51,249 nucleotides of DNA from Chiloscyllium plagiosum (GCF_004010195.1 NC_057718.1:50980819-51032067), one strand, 5' to 3'; positions 23,021 through 36,664 are shown, counted from the stretch's first letter. The notes: generated from the letters alone by a model not told the origin. Numbers and translations are program-made.

Positions 23021-23697
23021 TTCTCTGATGGCGTGAAAATTTTTTTTAAACATTGAAACAGACATGAAAAGGCAAAAAAAATCAATTGGCTGCCTTAAAA
23101 AAGATTGAATTATGTTCCTTGGCTTCAACTGGGATTTGAATAGCATAACATCCTCTGTCAAATGATCTATGCTCCCATATACTGCATCACAGTACTGCTT
23201 CCTCTGAGAAAGCAATGACAAAAATATCACAGAACAGCTCAAGAAGAATTTGGGATTCTTAGCTGAAGGTGATCTGAGTAGTTTGCTCCAATGTTTTTGG
23301 CTGAAAATCTCATGCTGTGTCATTTGGCTTGTATAATAAATATCCTACCTTCACAACTAATATAATCTGAACACTAATAAGGGAGACTGATTAATTACTT
23401 ATCAAGAGACAAAGAAATTAATCAGGTGTACTTCAAGGATATTTCATTTGGCTGCCAGAATATGAAAATGATTTAATTCTTTACAGAATTTAATTATTTC
23501 TCATATACTTATAGATTCTTGTCCATTTAAGATCTTTCCAGCACATTGATATCAAAGGCAACTTGAAGTTAGGAACCCATTTCAGATTGCAAGAATAGCT
23601 ATTAAGGTTAAATTTATCATAACTGGCTGTTACAATTGCCTACTGTTCAATAAAGGTAATGGGCATGCCTGAATGTGAAACACTGTATTCCTTTGCT

Positions 23698-23777
23698 TGT
23701 GTAATGGCTTCAAGAACTTGGTTTAAGCAACCTGATGTTGTTGTCCTGGCACTGTACATCACTGAGTATAAATTGCA
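23698..23777 (+). promoter_or_regulatory. Candidate C/EBP + CRE-like + TATA promoter, copy 1
   Basis: ttgtgtaatggctt...tgatgt...ctgtacatcactgagTATAAATtgca. Homologous to 26549-26625. Confidence 0.35.
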
Positions 23778-23999
23778 GCATGGCTGTGAATATTTTAGAA
23801 CGAGACAGGCTCTTGAAAACACATGGACATGAACACATGAAAGACATAGTTCAGCCCGTAGCTAATGTAACAATGAGTCAGAGCCTGGTAGATACATAAT
23901 TACCATATTTTGCAGTTTTTTTAGTGTTTACTTGGCAAACTCCAAGGCTTTGGATAAGTATATTCAGAGTAAGAGGGTTACCAAGACAACAGTGTGACC

Positions 24000-25950
24000 T
24001 GAGAGACCAGCCTGTGCATGGGACCAGTGGATGTGGGTGAAGTCTTAAATGAATACTTCTCATCTGTATTCACAAAGGAGAAAGACAGTGTAGTCAGAGA
24101 TCTCAGTTGGGATGGTGAGTTTTTAATAAGGAGGTGGAATTAGGTGTTTTAGCAAAGATACAGGTCCACAAATCCTTAGGATCTGATAAGATGTCTCCTA
24201 GACTGCTGTGGGAGGCAAGGGCAGATAAATTGCTGGGGCCCTTGCCGATATATTTACGCTTTGCTGGTCACAAGCAAGGTGTGAGATCACTGCAGGATAG
24301 TTAAAGTGATTCCGTTGCTCAAGAAGGACAGAAGAAATAGATTGTGTAATTATAGATTAGTTAGTCTGACAACATGGGTAGGGAAATTATTGGAAAAAAA
24401 TCAGGATTAATCGATATTTGAAAAGGTGGAGGTTGATCATGGATAGTCAGCATAGTTTGTTAAAGTGAGAGCAATTCATGGATGTCACAGAATCCCTACG
24501 CCAAGGAATCAGACCATTGGCCTATCGAGTCTGCATCAATTCTCCAAACAGCATCCCATCCAGATCCAGCCCTCTATAACCGTGCATTTGCCATGGTTAA
24601 CCCACCTAGCCTGCATATCCCTGAGCATTGTGGACAATTTAGCATTGTCAATCCACCTAAAATTGGCAGGAAATTAGAACACCCAGAGAAACCCACGCAA
24701 CACGGGGAGGATGTGCAAACTTCATACAGTCAGCTACCTAAGTCTGGAATCCAACCCAGCACCTGGCACTGCGAAGCAGCAGTGCTAACAACTGAACCAC
24801 TGTGTTGCCCTATTCAATTCAGTTCAGGTGGATTTTATGAAAAGGTGACTAAATATATTGTTGATGGTAGTTCAGCTGATGCTGTTTATGTGTATTCAGT
24901 AAGGCCTTTCACAAGGTTCCACATGGAAGGCTGATCCAAAAAGTAAGAGTCCACAGGACCCCAGGCAAGTTAGCAAACTGGATCCAAAATTGGCTTACAA
25001 ATAGGATGCAAAGGCTGATAGTGGAGGTCTGTTTTTGTAATTGGAAGTCTGTCACCAGCAACGTACCATGGGGGTTGGTGCCAAGATCCTTGCTGTTTAC
25101 GAACATGAGCGACTTGGATGTGAATGCAGAAAGTTTCATTAATCAATTTGCAGATGACACAAAAATTGAGGATGTTGTCGATAGTGAGCAGGATGGTCTC
25201 AGGTTATAGTCTGATATTGATCAGCTGGTAAATTGGGAGGAGCAATGGCAAAAAAAAATAATTGTGATAAGTGTAAGGTGATGTATTGTGGAAGGCCAAA
25301 TAGGGGAATGATATACACAATAAATAGTAGGTTCTGAGGGAGTATTGAGTAGCAAAGGGATCTTGGTGTAGATGTCTATGGATCTCTGAAGGCATCATTA
25401 TAGGATGACAGGATGGTGAAGAAGGCATACAGAATGCTTCCCTTCATTAGCTGGTGCATGGAATGTAGGAGCAAGAAAGACTTGCTACAACTTTATAAAT
25501 CATTGGTTAGGCCACAGATAAAATTCTGTGACATATTTGCACGAGAGAGGGTGCAGAGGAGATTCACCCGAATGTTGCCTGGGATGAAAAGTCACTGTTA
25601 GGAGGAGAGATTCGATAGACTGGGTTTGTTTTCCTTGGAACAGAGGGGCAGAGACAGAGTGGATTGTGAGAATCTCTTCCCCATGGCAGACATGTCTCAC
25701 ACCAGAGTGCCAACATTTAAACTGAGGAGTAAGTGGTTTTGAGAACATGTGAGATTTTTTTTTGCCAGAGGGTAGTAGGTATATGGCTTATGTTGCCCAG
25801 TAGGGTGGTGATGACAGCACTCTTACAATACTTAAAATGTCAGGGCATGTTAAGCAATTGACCAAGTGCAGGGAAATGGGATCAGTATAATTTGGCATTC
25901 ATTGGTCATTATAGAATTGGTGAGCTTAAGGGCCTGTTTCTGTTCTATAT
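24000..25950 (+). mobile_element. CR1-clade LINE ORF2 (RT to 3' end), decayed, interrupted by a SINE
   Basis: SVTSNVPWGLVPRSLLFTNMSDLD...INQFADDTKI and LYKSLVRPQ...ERVQRRFTRMLPGM. Confidence 0.9.
24484..24810 (-). mobile_element. HE1-like SINE, old copy
   Basis: Reverse complement of the SINE head and V domain (gcagcagtgctaacaactgaaccac; ggaaattagaacacccagagaaacccacg). Confidence 0.8.
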
Positions 25951-26049
25951 GACTCTATCGCTCTTTAATAGAATTTCTGATCCAACAGAAACCAGGAGAG
26001 AAAATACAAGATCACCAATTTTACCTCAGTGTTTCTACACCTTCTCATA

Positions 26050-26400
26050 CAAGGTATACACTGTGGCTCAGTGAGTAGCACTGCTGCCTCACAGCACCAG
26101 ATACCTGGGTTCAATTCCACCCTTGGGTGACCATCTGTGTGGAGTTTGCACAATCTCCCCATATCTGCATGGGCTTCTTCCGGGTTCTCCGATTTCCTCC
26201 GAGAATCCAAACATGTACAGGTTAAGTGAACTGGCCATGCTAAATTGCCTAGTGTCCAGGGATGTGCAGGCGAGGTGGATTAGCCGTGGGAAATGCAGGG
26301 TTAAAGGATAGAGGGGTGAGTCTTGGTGGGATGCTCTTCAGGGGTCAGCGCGAACTCAATGGGCCAAAAGGCTGCTTCCATACTTTAGGAATTTATGATT
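26050..26400 (+). mobile_element. HE1-like SINE
   Basis: gtggctcagtgagtagcactgctgcctcacagcaccagatacctgggttcaattcc head, followed by the V domain and tail. Confidence 0.85.
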
Positions 26401-26548
26401 CTTGCTCAACTATCAACCCAGATGAATCAAGTCAGAACCTTTTGGAGGAGTAAGAGACAGAACAATAACATTTATGGAAAACATTAAAAAAAGTAACTCC
26501 TTTGAAAATGTACATAAATGTGATCCAATGTTTACATTGGGATGGGTG

Positions 26549-26625
26549 TTGTGAAATGGCTTGCAGATACTAGTGAGATTTGGCAATGATGTCATAGAGC
26601 TGCACGTCACTGAGTATAAATAGCA
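26549..26625 (+). promoter_or_regulatory. Candidate C/EBP + CRE + TATA promoter, copy 2
   Basis: TTGTGAAAT, TGATGTCA, then GCACGTCA followed 5 bp later by TATAAATA. Possible first-exon donor cag/gtgaac near 26677. Confidence 0.45.
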
Positions 26626-28254
26626 CTGTGTTGGTGGTACATCACTCAACAATAAGAAAATCTTTACAGCACATCAGGTGAACACACACAAAACTATGAT
26701 ACTTTAGTTCGTATCTAATATAACCATAAGATCAGAGTCTGGTACATCTATGATTACCCACAGTAATATTCAGAATTAACGTTTAATAAATAGTGCTACA
26801 TTGAAGCCTAAGCCTGAAGACAGTTCCTGACAATGTCTTTCCCTTGATTAGTCTGTCTCAAACACAACCTCATGGCGTAGCATTCAACCATACCATAGAA
26901 GATCCTCAGATCAAAATATGTATAAAAAATTTTATTATGGATAATTTTAACTTGTGTTAATTTTGCGCAGTTATTAAATCATAATGAGTAAGTAGAAATC
27001 AATCTTATAACATTCGGAGTGACATTTGTAAGTTAAAAAAGCCCCAAATGGTATAAATCTGAAACAAAAGTGCAACTAATACCTAAGGAACCTAAGATTT
27101 TTATCAATTTAAAAATATTTTCATAGTTCACTTTTTTTCATTTTGGGAACATACAATATATGATTAGTATGCAGCAGACTGTTCAGAATTGAATTATTTC
27201 CTGCCAAGTCACGATTATAGAGTTGTAGTTTGGTTAAACATGCATTCCCTCTGCTTCTATCCTCTCGACCCAACTGAATGAGATGTCAATATAAAAGATA
27301 AAGGATCAACACAAGTTCACCTTGACTTAACCATTAGCATCAGTTTTGCTTTCTGCATTTGCCAGCCTTTGCTCATGTTAGTTTTATACTTTGAGTTGCT
27401 TGGTCACATGAATAAACATACATTCCACTTGGCACTTTTTTCAAGGGATGCAAACATTAACAAACAATCCATACTCAACTATTCAATTGACTGAATTTAA
27501 GTGGCTTTTTCTTTAACTTGGTATCACAGGTAAATACGGATAGCTTGAGGCTATGTTGATTTATGTCATTACATCTGTTTTTTTTAAAATGCAATAATGT
27601 ACATAAATAAACAAAAAACAATCAATCCCATTTTTCAATATTGAAATCAGGATCCTACGACAAGTTAAAAACATGTTTTCTAAATTTGTTTAAACTAGTT
27701 AAGATTTGTGCTGCACTAGTTCAGCCTTTTTTTTGATCAGACTTTGCACAGCACTAACCAGCATTTCTTCATTGAGTATAATTTAAAATAAAACAGCTGT
27801 GCTCCTTCTCCTGAACACTAATAATGTACTGGCCATCCTCAAACATGAACTACAATTGAACAGGAAAAAGGGTGTAACGTAAAGCAAGTTGCTAAACTGC
27901 TAACACCCATCAGTGTTCTCACCGAAAACCAATTTCACCTCCATGAAATCTTAACCAATGCAGACACATAGTGCTGGAAATCTGTTCCATGGGTGCAAAT
28001 GTTCAATTTGTGTTCTCATAATAGGTTAACCCCAGAAATTGAGATATTCACCTAATTTAAACATGAAATATAAACAATTTATAAGACAGGCAATTCAGTC
28101 TCGCACTTCTCTTTCTGGGATAGCTGAAATGCAATAAGAAATGGACAGAAAACCCTTTTCTGGATAAAGTGAAGCACATCTATTAACAATGAAGTCTGCA
28201 CCCAATCCAGTAAGTATTTTTATTGACTAACATAAAATATTATGTACCTCAAAA

Positions 28255-28760
28255 GAACAAAAAAGTGAATTACAGCACAGGAACAGGCCAATCAGCCCTC
28301 CAAGCCTGTGCCCATCATCATCATGCCCTAACTAAAATAAAAATCAAACCTTCTGCCCTTATTCAGTCCATACCTCTCTCTTCCCTCCCTATTCACGTAA
28401 CCATCCAGGTGCCTCTTAAATGGTGCCATTGTGCCTGCTTCCACAGCTCCTCTGGCAGTGCGTTTCAGGCTTCGACCATTCTCTGTGTGAAAAACTTGCT
28501 TCACACATTTTCCTTAAACTTTCCCCCTCTTAGCTTGAAATCGTGCCCCCTCATAATTGAAACTTTAACCCTGGGAAAAAGCCTCTGACTGTCAACATTG
28601 TACATAACTCTCAAAATTTTGTAGACCTCTATCAGGTCTCCTCCCAGCCACTGTCTGTCCAGTGAAAATAATCAGCGTCTTTTTCACCTTTCCTCATAGC
28701 CAATGCCCTCGAGACGAGGCAACATCCAGGTGAACCTTCTCTGCACTCTTTCCAAAGCTT
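28255..28760 (-). mobile_element. CR1-clade LINE 3' end
   Basis: ALERVQRRFTWMLPRLEGIGYEER on the minus strand, plus a CR1 tail. Confidence 0.85.
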
Positions 28761-29103
28761 CTTGTTTATATGCTTTAGAAGCCCACATGCTGAGTTTTGT
28801 TTTATTGAGAGGTAACTGGCTAGAATGTTGGGAAATCTCAGATGAATAGGAAAAGGGTTTCCATTTCAATATATCATCTGAAACTGACAGTTGGAACACC
28901 ATTATCACTCCTCTCTTGCACTTACAATTCATAATAGGCATGAATTCAGCTTCCCTCAGGCTGAAAATTCAATTTTGTTTTTTTTTAATGGAAGTTGTAA
29001 ATTTGGACCTCTGTCAAAATTCACCCAGAGAACTGAAGAAGGAAGCAATTATCTCAGGTTCACAACTTATGTACTTGGCTCAATTTGAATGGAAGTTTGT
29101 AGT

Positions 29104-30545
29104 GTCAGCCTTGGCTCATGTTACATATTATCTGATCACTTCGTCAGATGGCTGTGGGTTCAAGCTTCACTCTGGAGATTCAATAATGTAAATTAAGCTG
29201 ACAATTCAGTAAAGTACTTAGGGACAGATCCACTGCTAAAGATGCCAATTTGCAAATGGGACACTGAACCGAGATCAGATCTGTCCTTTTCGGTCAAGAT
29301 AAAAGATAGAAAATCATAATGGTTACAGCACAGAAGAAGGCCTAGTGAACTTTCACATTGGTGCTGGCTTTCTGCAGCAGCTACTCAGCTGGACCCACGC
29401 CACTGTATGTCTCCATGGAACTGCAATTCCTTCCCATCAAATAATTAGCCCTTTCTGTTTCAAAGGCCTCAATTGAATTTAACTCTGATAGACACATGGG
29501 AAATGCATTCCAGCTTCTAATTTCACACATTGCTTCTTTTACTATTCACCTGAAATCAGTTCTGGACCCTTTCACCTATTTGAAGAGTCTCAAAACTTTA
29601 TCAAAACCTTGCATGATTTTAATATTTCTATGAAATTAGATTAGATTAGATTACTTTACAGTGTGGAAACAGGCCCTTCGGCCCAACAAGTCCACACTGA
29701 CGCGCCGAAGTGCAACCCACCCATAACCCTACATTTACCCCCTACCTAACACTATGGACAATTTAGCATGGCCAATTCACCTGACCTGGACTGTGGGAGG
29801 AAACCAGAGCACCCGGAGGAAACCCACGTAGACACGGGGAGAATGTGCAAACTCCACACAGTCAGTCGCTTGAGGCGGGAATTGAACCCAGGTCTCTGGC
29901 GCTGTGAAGCAGCAGTGCTAACCACTATGCCACCGTGCCACCCAAATGTCCTCTTGATATTTTCTTCTCCAAATAGAACAGCCCTAGTTACTTCAATATA
30001 TCTGCTTAGCTGAAGTTCCTCATCTTTGGAATCATTTTTGTGCATTATCTCTAGTTTCTTCACAGCTTTCCGAAAGTGGCATTCCCAGAACCAGACAAAA
30101 TACTCCAGTGAATCCAAACCAGTTTTTCTTTTGTTCTGGTATATTGCTTGTTTTTGCAGTTTATTCCCTTACATGTAAAGAACAGCTTTCCATAGATTTT
30201 ACAAACTGCTGTTTTAATCTGCCTTGACACCTTCAACGATTTGTGAATGTGTGCCTCCAGGTTCTTTTATCAGTATAATCACCTTTGGAATTATTAATTA
30301 ATAATCAGATCCATGGCTTTACTTAAATCATAATTCTAACTACTGTTTGTTCCTCAAACTACATCATCAAGAACAAATTACTGAATCAATTTATCAGGTC
30401 AATACTCTTATTGCTTTTTATGGAAACATGCATTGCATAAATTAGCTGCCTGCATTACAACAATCACTGTCCTTCTATAATACTTAATCATGTGTGAAGA
30501 ACTTCAAACATGGAATATGTTATATAATGTATAAACTATCTTATA
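29104..30545 (+). mobile_element. SacSINE1-like Deu-SINE split by nested CR1 and HE1 insertions
   Basis: Head cagccttggctca...tcagatggctgtgggttcaagc...gctgacaattcagtaaagtacttagggac (29104-29308). The tail resumes at about 30340-30545. Confidence 0.5.
29636..29942 (-). mobile_element. HE1-like SINE
   Basis: (attag)n tail and full body, very similar to 40389-40706. Confidence 0.9.
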
Positions 30546-32176
30546 TTCAGTAGGAACTGAAAAAAAAACTCAGATCTAGTTTAACTTTGTATTTTGAAAA
30601 CTTCTTAAAACTGAAGTGAAAGATGCACACCCTCTCTCTTTACATTTATTGTGTCAATAGCTTTATCCGTTAAACCCCTAATTAAAATAGACTTCTGGAT
30701 GATTTAGAAATATGTTTAAGTTATTTTTCTGAATAGTACTGTAAGCAAACAAATCAAAGGTGTCATAATTGTTGTGTCAGACCACTCAATGCTCAGGCTG
30801 CTATCAGACTAGATTTGATGAGAACATCGAAGGAAATCAGTGAGGCAAATGATGAAGCGTCAGGCAGTCATGAAAAAAATATTGATTTTTGCCTTTCACC
30901 ATCTACTAAACTTCTACTGAAACGTGATAAAAATGTGTAAATATGTGCACATATTACATGGACTAAACAACTTGACTGCCAATTATTTCATCCCATTAGT
31001 TATGATGCTTGGTCACTATTGAATGTAGTCTAAATTTTGTCCAACAATTATCAAACCAAGCATACTTTGGATCATCAGAACGTTAAATTCTGGATGCAGA
31101 CACGATCAGTAAATTGACCAGTTCCAGAAAACTAAGTGCAATCATTCATGTGTTTCCCAATTAAGGATCTCATCCCACCAGGACGTAACCAGCATTCAGA
31201 CTAGTGTGAAGTCCTGCAAGTTCACCTGCATGAACTGGTAATTTGTGTGGTGTGTCCTGCTCATTGAATTCCTAGGCCCAACAAAAAGGCATCACCTTCA
31301 AGATGTAACCATCCCAATCCCCTGTGAGAAATCCCCTCCCCTTCTGGTCTAAACCTCCACTTCGTTCAAAGGGGCCTGCCACCTGTGGAGACCCAACTCA
31401 CCTGCTGGGTCGCTCCAGTTCAGTGCTGCTCCTCAAACACTGAGTGCAACGCCGGCAGTGGCCACCACGACCAGTGCTGTTGCCAGTGCCAGAAAGCTGC
31501 GGGTCTTGGATTGCCAGACAGCTTTCTGAGGCCGAACTTACTGTTCCTGAGGGTGGAAGTCCTACTACCCTTCTCTTATTTGGCAATTTGGTGAATAGTT
31601 ACATGGAGCAATCATTACTGTATGAATGGGCACGCCTTGACTTTTTACCAAAAGCCTAGAGTCCGTGTGCCCTAAGATTGAGCTCAGCAATGGATCAAAT
31701 GCAATTCAAGAACTTTTCAATTGGATGGCAGCATGATTTATGAATAAAACCTAAAGTGAAAGAGAAGGTAACAACATGTTCAATGTATATATCATAAATT
31801 AAATTTGGACTCAAATCTAGGCGTTTTCAAAAATTTCAACAGATTGTAGAGCAGATGATTCGTTGGCTTATTCTCCACTTTTTAATTACTTGCATATTCG
31901 ATTGGCTTTATAAAGTCACAGACATTTTAAAAATGTGACATATTGATCCTGAAATATATTTCTATCATAACTTAAACATCTTAAATAGTTCTCTTCATGA
32001 TGTGGTTGTGATCCATCAGAATAATATATTGCAGAAAATCTTTCTTGCCTAATCCAAATGATTGATCATTAAAATCACACTGTGTGAATAATCCCAAAAC
32101 AGTTTAATATACTTGCATGAAATTTGTTCATCTGCCTTGTTAATGAAGATGTTGACTCATTAATTTTGGTCAGGTT

Positions 32177-32320
32177 AGCACAGTTCTGAAGAAGGGTCAT
32201 TGAATGAGCAATGTTAACTGTGCTTTCTCTCCATAGGAGCTGCCAGACCTGCTGAGTTTCTCTTGCAATTTGTGTTTCTGTTTCAGATTTTTCTACAAAA
32301 GCAGCTCTTATTTTGTTTAA
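32177..32320 (+). mobile_element. Decayed PLE terminus (third family) with a hammerhead remnant
   Basis: agcacagtt-CTGAAGA-agggtc...gcaatgtt-aactgtgct, then gctgccagacctgctgagtttc. The 9-bp stem I is intact and the GAAA box has decayed. Confidence 0.55.
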
Positions 32321-32759
32321 TTTATTGGGTTTCTTTAAATGAAGAACATTTATTCAATACTATTTTTCACATTTGTAGTTTGATCAACATCCTGTGCCAC
32401 TTATACAAAAACTTGGTTGTATGTTGAAATAATTACAAATCAATAAAAATTAAGTATATTAAAACATTTTTTGTGCACTAAGCATAAATTACTATAATGT
32501 TGATTTTTTTTTAGAAAAGCTACAGTCTCAGTTTTCCCTTTATCTTTATGCTTAAAAAATAAAATTAAACCATTTGACAACAGTAATGCATGTAACTAAT
32601 TATCTTTTCAAAATCAAGTTGGCATTATTGATGAAATTGACACTGAAATTGTTTTTAATCATGATTTGTTTTCTAATCCTGCTTTATTTTCTATTAAAAC
32701 ATAAAACTTTGAAAATATGTGTCCCATCAAACCTAATACACTACACACATGAAATTGGG

Positions 32760-33470
32760 TGATTCTGTATCTCAGTATCATGTTCTCACTTTCTCCCCAT
32801 ACCCCTGGATACCTTTAGCTTCTAGAAATATAGTTATTTCTAAAGTATGTTCAGTGATTTAGTCTCTGCAAACTTCTGTGCTACAGAATTACAGAGGGTC
32901 ACCATCCTCTGTGTGAAGAAATTTCTTATCTCAGTCCAAAACGGCCGACCGCATTCCCTGACACTGTGATCCCTTCATCTGGATCCTACCATCATCCCCA
33001 CCGGGGGAAACATTACCTCTCCATCTGGTCTATCAAGCCCTGATAGGCATTTATGTGTTTCAATAAGATCACCTCGTATTCTTTCAAACTCCACTGAATA
33101 ATGTCCAGTTGATCCAATCTTGCTTTATATCACCAGTAATCAATGCGTTTGGTGAACACTTGCTGCATTCCCTCTACAGAAAACATATCTTTTCTCAGAC
33201 ATTGAGGCCTAAACTGCACACAATACTCCAGGTATAATCTCAGAGAGTCCCCTTTCAACCGCAGTAAGACTTCCTTGCTCCTGCATTCAAACCCACTTGC
33301 AACGAAAGGTCAACATATCTTTTGCCTTCATAATGGCTTGTAGTACTTGAATATTTGTTATCAATTATCTGTGTAAAAGGACATCCAAGTCCCTTTTTAC
33401 AGAAACATTTTAAATCTGTCATCATTTAAATGATATTCTGCCACTTGGTTTTTCCTCTGAAGTGGACAAC
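32760..33470 (-). mobile_element. CR1-clade LINE 3' fragment
   Basis: aaactgcacacaatactccagg (LEYCVQF on the minus strand) and a CR1 tail. Confidence 0.75.
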
Positions 33471-33968
33471 TTTATATAAATAAAGAAAAACTGAATTATG
33501 GGATTTAATATCATGATTATAGTCTGTAGACTAACCTTTCTTCATTAATTTGTAAAATAGGTGACAGATACACCACTGAGGCCTAGAAGGCTTGCATCTT
33601 AATTCTTTAATGCTCAGTGAAAGGTTAGCATGGCAGTAACTCTGATGCTTGGACAGACTAATTTGAAGCTTTGAATTTCCATTTATCTAACCATTGATGT
33701 GCTTCTTAATAATGTCAGATCAATCTGCTATTATCAGAAGAGTTCAGATCTTAAGTTCAGAATGAGGTTTTATACAACGAGAAGTGGCAAATCTATTGTC
33801 CTGTTAAAATATTATGAGGTAATTTTCTTCTGGTCAAAAAAGACAGCAGGTAACCTTTAAGCTTCAATCAATTTTAGTTTTGATTGACTCCCATTTAGTT
33901 TACATATTACAAAAACCGTCTTCACTCAGCACCTAATAATGTGACCATTGGGCTGCTCATAACACGCT

Positions 33969-34253
33969 TTAGATTAGATTGCTTACAGTGTGGAAACAAA
34001 TCCACACCGACCCTCCGAAGTGTAACCCACCACCCTCTGACTAATGCACCCAACAACTATAGACAATTTAGCATGGCCAATTCACCTGACGTGCACATCT
34101 TTGGAATGTGGGAGGAAACCAGAGTACCCGGAGGACACCCGCGCAGACACGGGGAAAATGTGCAAACTCCACACAGTCGCCCAAGGCTGGAATCAAACCT
34201 GGGACCCTGGCGCTGTGAGGCAGCAATGCTCACCACTGAGCCACCAAGCCACC
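33969..34253 (-). mobile_element. HE1-like SINE
   Basis: ttagattagatt tail, V domain and head. Confidence 0.88.
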
Positions 34254-34989
34254 CCAACATAATCATAAACCGCCAACATAAAAGACTGATGTGGCAAGTC
34301 AGATGCTGTTGATGCTACTCAGTAGTATTAGCAGCATCTGAATTATGAAACAATCCATTTCATTTGATCAGACACTCACTGTCCTGACTTCAGAATTACA
34401 ACCTCATGAAACTTCTAGCTGATTGGAGAATTGGCATTGCATTCCATAATTTGAAAATGCCCACATTTCAGGCAATTCTGGGATAAAACTTAAGTTTAGG
34501 TAAAGAAGTGATTCTTGGTAACAAGCCTGGTAGGTCTAATCAAAGGTCGAAATTGCTGAGGACCAAAATTACAGACAATGACACACTACTCAGCTTGGTT
34601 TAAGGCACTGTGAATTGTGAATGCAAGCTTTGCAAGAAAATTGTAAACAAGCAAGAAACTGACAAAAATGCGAGCTTAGAAGCTAGTTAACCCAACATTT
34701 GAAATAATTGTGACATATTTTGTAATTATTGAACTTCTCAGAGGGGCATGTTAGTCAATGAAATGAAATTTGAACCTTAGCAGCAATGGCCTTTTCATAT
34801 TTATCATAGTGAGCCAAATGTGTTTGGAATTTCCATCAATTTATTGATTCTATTCTGGTCTCAAAGCAGCATTAATGCAAATTTGATAATAATATGATTA
34901 TAGAATAGTTGTCATTCATTCTATTATGATCATGCTGCTGTCTACAAGATCAACTTAGATAGGCATAATTTTCCACAATTTCTCCCAGC

Positions 34990-35890
34990 TTTGCAAATTT
35001 CATCTGTTCAGATAATTATCCAGTTCCACTTTGTGATGATTGAACTTATTTCCAGCACACTCTTCAGCAGTGCATTCAAAATGTTAACTATTCACTATAT
35101 AAAACATTTTTTCCTCATATTGCTTTTGCTTCTTTTGCCATTCAGCTTAAAGCAGTGCTCATTGATTTTTGACACTGCCCCCAATGGGAACAGTTTCTCC
35201 CTACTTTGGTTTTGAAAGCCCCAGTCAAATCTCCCCTTAATTTTCTTTTCTTGAAAGGAGAACAACTCAAGCATCTTCAATCTTTCCATTCAACTGAAGC
35301 TCCTCATCCCTGAAACCATTCTCATTAATCTTTCTGCACCATTTTTCAAGTCTTCATATCCTTCCAAAAGTGCATTACCCAGCATTGGACACAACACCTT
35401 AGCTGAGGTCAAAATAGTGCTTTATAAAGGTTCATTGCAATTTCCTTGTTTTTGTATTCTCTATCTTTAATATTACATTCTAGGATACCAAGGGCCTAAT
35501 TAACCACTTCCTTTCCTCTGTTTTCAGTGATCAATGCACATGAATCCTTACCCCCTCTGTTCCTGCATCCTGCTTTAGAATTATGCCTCTTATCTTGCAT
35601 GGCCTCTTTCATTCTGCCTATTAAAATATATAATAGAATCATAGAATTTCACAGTTTAAAAGTAGGCCCTTCAGCCCATCATGCCTGTACCAGCTCTTGG
35701 AAGAGCTACCCAGCTAGTTCCACTCTCCAGCTTCATCGCCATAGCACTTTGAATTCATCATTATCAAATATATATCTAGTTCTCTTTTGAAACTTCCTAA
35801 GGAATCCACCTCCACCACTTTCCCTGGCAGTGCATTCCGAATCCTAACAACTCTCCAAGTTTCTCTGCATCTCAGTCTTAGATCTTGCTG
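34990..35890 (-). mobile_element. CR1-clade LINE 3' fragments
   Basis: MERLKMLELFSFQEKKIKG and cattggacacaacacc on the minus strand. A second tail lies at 35635-35890. Confidence 0.65.
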
Positions 35891-36085
35891 ATAATCTTAA
35901 AAGATCCATCAATCCAGTTTCTTCTTTGAATTCAAAATTATTTATTTATTATAAATAAACATTATTCTACATCAATACAAAACTAGTTAGCACACTTAAT
36001 TTATAATTTGAAAATATAAATCTTGCCTCTCTAAATAAATCAAAACACACACACCAGGTAATGTGGAAATAGATAGGTGAATCCC

Positions 36086-36585
36086 NNNNNNNNNNNNNNN
36101 NNNNNNNNNNNNNNNNNNNNNNNNNNNNNNNNNNNNNNNNNNNNNNNNNNNNNNNNNNNNNNNNNNNNNNNNNNNNNNNNNNNNNNNNNNNNNNNNNNNN
36201 NNNNNNNNNNNNNNNNNNNNNNNNNNNNNNNNNNNNNNNNNNNNNNNNNNNNNNNNNNNNNNNNNNNNNNNNNNNNNNNNNNNNNNNNNNNNNNNNNNNN
36301 NNNNNNNNNNNNNNNNNNNNNNNNNNNNNNNNNNNNNNNNNNNNNNNNNNNNNNNNNNNNNNNNNNNNNNNNNNNNNNNNNNNNNNNNNNNNNNNNNNNN
36401 NNNNNNNNNNNNNNNNNNNNNNNNNNNNNNNNNNNNNNNNNNNNNNNNNNNNNNNNNNNNNNNNNNNNNNNNNNNNNNNNNNNNNNNNNNNNNNNNNNNN
36501 NNNNNNNNNNNNNNNNNNNNNNNNNNNNNNNNNNNNNNNNNNNNNNNNNNNNNNNNNNNNNNNNNNNNNNNNNNNNNNNNNNNNN
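36086..36585. other. Assembly gap (500 N)
   Basis: Run of N. Confidence 1.
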
Positions 36586-36664
36586 CTGTATCCAGCTTTA
36601 CCTTAATTGTATCCTCCTCTTTATCTCTTTTCCCCCATTCTCACCCCTCCACACATCAGCATAT

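Noticed and set aside
21325..23330. Exon-like segments and ORFs of 60-120 aa
   Set aside because: No recognisable domains and no coherent gene model could be built.
26050..26125. tRNA-like A/B boxes
   Set aside because: These are SINE heads that continue into the V domain, not tRNA genes. The same applies to the other copies.
31380..31570. GC-rich island with Cys-rich ORFs
   Set aside because: It resembles a decayed non-autonomous repeat, with no supportable coding or family call.
32715..32745. Tachykinin-like GLMG on the minus strand
   Set aside because: It reads SVLGLMGH, lacking the FxGLM-GKR signature.
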